DNA from: an uncultured Verrucomicrobiae bacterium
Lineage (GTDB): Bacteria; Verrucomicrobiota; Verrucomicrobiia; Limisphaerales; Palsa-1400
Assembly: GCA_963702845.1 (NCBI GenBank)
Contig: OY969763.1
Span: 2,272,001-2,336,000, forward strand
Direction: 5' to 3'
Length of the DNA: 64,000 bases
Made by a program: the position numbers and the translations under genes. Shown here one piece after another: positions 59,770-64,000 of this stretch. Below the pieces are notes generated by a model. That model was not told where the DNA came from and searched no databases. It saw only the letters and a program-made list of their open reading frames with translations. Numbering within the stretch: the stretch's first letter is position 1; each line of letters begins with the position of its first letter.

Positions 59770-61146
59770 ATGCTCGAGCGGTATCATTATTATAACTACC
59801 GCGCGTTCTCGTCTCTCAAGCCGCGCATCACCCGGCGCATCACGATCGTCGGCTGGATGATTGGTGGCGCGTTTCTGGCCACGGGTTCGATGGGCATCGA
59901 CACCTCGAATTCCCTTTCCTACCAGACGTTCGCATTGCTCGGGTGTGTTCTTATGGCCGCCCTGGTTGGCACGCGCGGGCGTCGGCTTAAATTATCGGTG
60001 GAACGGACGTTGCCAAAGTTTGGTTCTGTCGGACGTCGCCTCACTTACGAAGTAACGGTGCATAATCACTCGCGGCATACCGCGCGTGGGCTCAAATTTT
60101 ACGAACAATTGCCCGCCCCGTATCCGAGCTTCGAAGAATTCGCTTTGTCGCGCGAACCTCATGAACACACGCGCAATTGGTTCGATCGCTCCCATCGATA
60201 TTATCGGTGGCGCTGGCTGCTGACACGAAACGTCCGGGTCGGCGCACGAGAACGAACATTGCCCGACATTCCGGCAAACCAATCTCGAACGATTCAAGCC
60301 GACATGATTCCACTCCGTCGCGGCGTTTTGCGACTCGAAGGAAGCATGATCGCCCGGATGGATCCGTTCGGCCTGTTCCGCTCGTTGCATCCTGTGACAG
60401 CGGCTGAGAACATTTTAATTTTGCCGAAGCTCTACACCATGCCGCCCTTCGAACTGCCCGGATCGACGCGCTATCAACAAGGCGGAGTTTCATTGGCGTC
60501 GTCAGTTGGTGAATCGGAAGAATTTGTTTCCTTGCGCGAATACCGGCCCGGCGATCCGCTGCGCAAAATGCATTGGAAAAGCTTCGCCAAAGTCGGCAAA
60601 CCGATCGTCAAAGAATTCCAGGACGAGTTTTTTGTGCGCCACGCCATGATTCTCGACACCTTCGGCGACGCACTGCACACCGATATTTTCGAGCAAGCGG
60701 TCTCCGTCGCTGCGTCGCTGGCATTCAACATGCAGAACCACGACTCGTTGCTTGATCTGATGTTCGTTGGTCCGCAAGCCTACTGTTTCACGACTGGTCG
60801 CGGCCTCGCACACATGCAGCAGATGCTGGAGATTCTCGCCTCGGTGCAACTCTGTCTCGATAAAAAATTCGAAGTGCTCGAACAAAGCGTCCTCGACCAC
60901 TGCAGCCAGGTCAGCGGTGCAATTTGCATTTTTGTACAATGGGATGAAGCCAGGAAACGCCTTGTGCGGATTTTGAACTCCCGCGGAATTCCCCTGCGCG
61001 TCTTCGTCATTACTGATGGCGACGTAAAACTCGATCCCGGTCCGCTAGCGCACGAACCGACCAGTTTCCGCGTGTTGCCGGTGGGCAAAATTGGTGAGCG
61101 CCTCAACCAACCGGTGCCAAAAGTTCAAATGGAGAGTGCGGCATGA
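59770..61146 (+). CDS. DUF58 domain protein
   Basis: DPFGLF, LREYRPGDPLRKMHWK, VKEF, FEQAVSVAAS. Confidence 0.9.
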   Translation: MLERYHYYNYRAFSSLKPRITRRITIVGWMIGGAFLATGSMGIDTSNSLSYQTFALLGCVLMAALVGTRGRRLKLSVERTLPKFGSVGRRLTYEVTVHNHSRHTARGLKFYEQLPAPYPSFEEFALSREPHEHTRNWFDRSHRYYRWRWLLTRNVRVGARERTLPDIPANQSRTIQADMIPLRRGVLRLEGSMIARMDPFGLFRSLHPVTAAENILILPKLYTMPPFELPGSTRYQQGGVSLASSVGESEEFVSLREYRPGDPLRKMHWKSFAKVGKPIVKEFQDEFFVRHAMILDTFGDALHTDIFEQAVSVAASLAFNMQNHDSLLDLMFVGPQAYCFTTGRGLAHMQQMLEILASVQLCLDKKFEVLEQSVLDHCSQVSGAICIFVQWDEARKRLVRILNSRGIPLRVFVITDGDVKLDPGPLAHEPTSFRVLPVGKIGERLNQPVPKVQMESAA

Positions 61147-63170
61147 AGTTTCCGCGTTTTCTGCTCGGTCTCGCCCTGCTCTTTTGGGGATACCAGACGC
61201 ACACGCTTGTCGCAGCCATTCCGATCGCCCTCGCGCTCGAGTTCCCGCAATTTATCCGGGCGCGCTGGGAGTTTTCCGATACTGATTTGAACCGAATCTG
61301 GGACTTATGCGCAGTGCTCGTGGTGGCCATGGGCATCATCGTGGCCACGACAAACGATGCCGCGCGCGCCAGTTTTCAATTTGTCGAATACCTTCCATTT
61401 GCGTTCGTGCCGATTGTAGCCGCCCAACGGTATGGGACACAGGAAACTTTGAAATGGAGTGTATTCTCGTGGTTTCTGCGACGGCAACCGAACACGTCGA
61501 CGGCACGCCGTCGCGCGGATGTGAACTGGGTTTACTTCGCTACTTGCCTGTTCGCAGCCAGCGCAGCGCATGACCCAAACCCATTGTTCTATCCGGGTAT
61601 GTGCCTGCTCATCTCTTACGCACTGTTTTCGATTAGGCCGGGACGGGTGCGACTGGCCCCATGGCTGTCGTTGGTTGTGGCGATTACGGTGATGGGTTTT
61701 TTTGCGCATCAGGGGCTCTTCACGCTCCAGAGTAAGGTTCAAAATATTTTCGACGAGCTCATTGCGGATTTTCTCAAGCGCGAACCTGACCATCGCGAAA
61801 GCCGCACCTCGATTGGCAAAACCGGTCGCGTCAAACTTTCCGGGCAGATCGTCATGCGCGTGCATCCAGAGGGCTCGCCCTTGCCGCCGTCGCTCTTGCG
61901 GGAATCAACCTACGACACTTATGCGAAAGGCGTCTGGCGCGGTGTCGACAGTGAATTTAATCAGGTGTTTATTGGCGGTGACGAAGCTGCGGAATTGCTT
62001 CCCAAAAAGCAGATTAAATATTCGGTCCGCATCGCACGCAATTTGTCCTCGCGGGTTGCCCCGCTCGTGTTGCCGCATGGTGCGTTTGGATTACATGACA
62101 TCGGAACCTTCTTAAGCATTAAAACGAATAGGCTGGGCTATGCGCGTTGTGAATCCGCAGCCAGTTTCGTCAATTATCTCGCAGACTATGGCCCCGGGGC
62201 GACCTTCGATGCACCGCCGACTGCGGTTGATACGAACGTCCCGCCATCGGAAGAAGCCGTTTTCGAAAAATACGCAAACGAACTAAATGTCGGGCATATG
62301 CCTGCCGTCGAAAAAATGCAGGCAGTCGTCGATTATTTCCGGCAAAACTTTAAATACTCCACCGAACTACGGGCGCAGAGCTCATCGAAACACACCGCGC
62401 TGGAATCGTTCATGGGCACCGTCCGTGCGGGCCATTGCGAATATTTCGCGACATCAGCCACGCTCTTGTTGCGCAAATTGGGCGTTCCTACGCGCTACGT
62501 CACCGGGTATTCCGTCCAGCCATCCTCAACAAGTGGCGACACGTTTCTCGTGCGAGCACGACACGCCCACGCCTGGGCCGTCGCTTATGACAGCGACAGA
62601 AAACTCTGGCTGGAGGTCGACGCCACTCCTCCGAATTGGAGTGAGACCGTCTCCGCCGAGGCGTCATTCTGGGAACCGATCTCGGACCTCTTTTCGAACC
62701 TGTACTTCCAATACTCCAAATGGCGCTGGAGCAAAGTTTCCTATACGAGGTATCTACCAGGTTTGCTCGTGCCATTAATCGGAATCCTTGTTTGGCGAAT
62801 CGTCCGGCAAAAGACCAGTAAACGCACTGTTGCCGCTGATGCAGTCGCCGAACAACACGACTGGCCCGGCCTGGATTCGGAATTTTTTACGCTCGAAAAA
62901 AAGTTGCATGAGGCGGGTCTCGGCCGTCTCGAAAGTGAACCCCTGCTCCACTGGCGCGAGCGTCTGCGCCAACAACTGCCGGAAGCCATCACCCTTGATC
63001 GAACGTTAAATCTCCACCGCCGCCTGCGCTTCGATCCCAACGGCCTCAACGCGCAGGAGCGCGGCGACCTTCGTAACGAAGTCGCACAATTACTGGCCGC
63101 GTTCGAAACCATGCGTCACGCGCGTCAGGACACAAAAGAGACAAAAATCGCTAACGGTTTTCACCGGTAG
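61143..63170 (+). CDS. Membrane-bound transglutaminase-like protein (TgpA-like)
   Basis: N-terminal TMs; GHCEYFA, PTRYVTGY, HAHAW, VDATP catalytic Cys-His-Asp. Confidence 0.9.
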   Translation: MKFPRFLLGLALLFWGYQTHTLVAAIPIALALEFPQFIRARWEFSDTDLNRIWDLCAVLVVAMGIIVATTNDAARASFQFVEYLPFAFVPIVAAQRYGTQETLKWSVFSWFLRRQPNTSTARRRADVNWVYFATCLFAASAAHDPNPLFYPGMCLLISYALFSIRPGRVRLAPWLSLVVAITVMGFFAHQGLFTLQSKVQNIFDELIADFLKREPDHRESRTSIGKTGRVKLSGQIVMRVHPEGSPLPPSLLRESTYDTYAKGVWRGVDSEFNQVFIGGDEAAELLPKKQIKYSVRIARNLSSRVAPLVLPHGAFGLHDIGTFLSIKTNRLGYARCESAASFVNYLADYGPGATFDAPPTAVDTNVPPSEEAVFEKYANELNVGHMPAVEKMQAVVDYFRQNFKYSTELRAQSSSKHTALESFMGTVRAGHCEYFATSATLLLRKLGVPTRYVTGYSVQPSSTSGDTFLVRARHAHAWAVAYDSDRKLWLEVDATPPNWSETVSAEASFWEPISDLFSNLYFQYSKWRWSKVSYTRYLPGLLVPLIGILVWRIVRQKTSKRTVAADAVAEQHDWPGLDSEFFTLEKKLHEAGLGRLESEPLLHWRERLRQQLPEAITLDRTLNLHRRLRFDPNGLNAQERGDLRNEVAQLLAAFETMRHARQDTKETKIANGFHR

Positions 63171-63533
63171 CGATGGTTGCGGATCTCACCGATGTCGACC
63201 TAGGGGGGACGACGACCGCGGTTTGAAATTTTGGGGCGAAAAACTACTTCTTCAGCCAAACACGCAAACCGGCCAGGCCGGCAAATGCGCATCCGAGCAA
63301 TCCCACAGTGCTGGCGGAATCCGGAACGTGGACAGGGGTGGCAAAAGCGCTCGTGCTTAGGATTGCGAGAGCGCCGACGGCGAATAAGAGGTGTTTCATT
63401 AAATTATCCTTAACCATTTTTTATGCCACACCATCAAAATAAAACCACCGCTGAGGTCAAGATGCTGAACGTCAAAATTTTACAATCGAACCCAGTTGAC
63501 GTCAATCAACTGACCATCTGTAAAATCAGCCTG

Positions 63534-64000
63534 TCAAATGTAAGCTTTGTTTACAGAATGTTTGGCTCTACGAATATAGAACAAGGCGGCAATCAATCCA
63601 CACAACCCGCCGGCATAGCTGCCATTGTGAATGTAAGCGACCCGCACGAACGAGGGAAGCTCCACCTCCACAATCCTTAATTCGTAAGCAACCGGCAGCC
63701 ACGAACTATAATCGCCTCCGTGAAAAACACCGAAAGCGTAACCGCAGGCAGTGCCGACTATCGCAATCACAAACGTGATCGTAAAAGCGACAGCACAATG
63801 CCGCACTAACTTGGTCGCATCAAAACCGGGCACAGCCAATCGCGCGATAAACCAACCCGCAAACAGACCAACCCACCACGTCGCCAGAAAGCCGATCTCC
63901 GCCACATAAACACGACGTGGAAAACCAAAATCCGCATAGTGAAACTGCTGGAATTTCAGATTTGTGAAGTACTCCCGAGAAATGTTGTAAGTAAATTGGT
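63534..64000 (-). CDS. Membrane protein, 5' end outside the window
   Basis: Frame open to the window edge: ...SREYFTNLKFQQF...GFLATWWVG...VAYIHNGSYAGG. Confidence 0.7.
   Translation of the reverse strand, partial: QFTYNISREYFTNLKFQQFHYADFGFPRRVYVAEIGFLATWWVGLFAGWFIARLAVPGFDATKLVRHCAVAFTITFVIAIVGTACGYAFGVFHGGDYSSWLPVAYELRIVEVELPSFVRVAYIHNGSYAGGLCGLIAALFYIRRAKHSVNKAYI

Noticed and set aside
63171..63533. Short ORFs or ncRNA between the convergent genes
   Set aside because: No motif, RBS or convincing structure

Overview
A 64 kb bacterial chromosomal segment, probably Verrucomicrobiota of the Pedosphaera/Limisphaerales type. This is inferred from the PSCyt cytochrome protein, the prepilin/H-X9-DG protein, Ig-repeat secreted proteins and short-period intergenic repeats. 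Most of it is housekeeping or signalling: surA-pdxA, ampG-nagZ, pheA, uvrD/pcrA, lgt-miaA, hom-thrC-lysC, CheB/CheR and CHASE2 two-component genes, an amino-sugar operon, and a MoxR-DUF58-transglutaminase operon. The most unusual region is an isolated phage DNA-packaging module at 29.9-33.9 kb: a putative small terminase/HTH gene, a large terminase with intact motifs and an HK97-type portal. It has no capsid, tail or integrase gene nearby. It is preceded by a perfect 11-bp palindrome, contains a phased 10-bp tandem array and is interspersed with host repeats. Two integrase-less integron cassette arrays (20.5-22.0 kb and 28.4-29.7 kb) carry matching cassette core sites. The second ends in a duplicated fragment of miaA. 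A 2.3 kb stretch at 38.7-41.1 kb is densely frameshifted. No rRNA, tRNA or CRISPR array was recognised. Family names come from motif recognition by eye, not from database searches.
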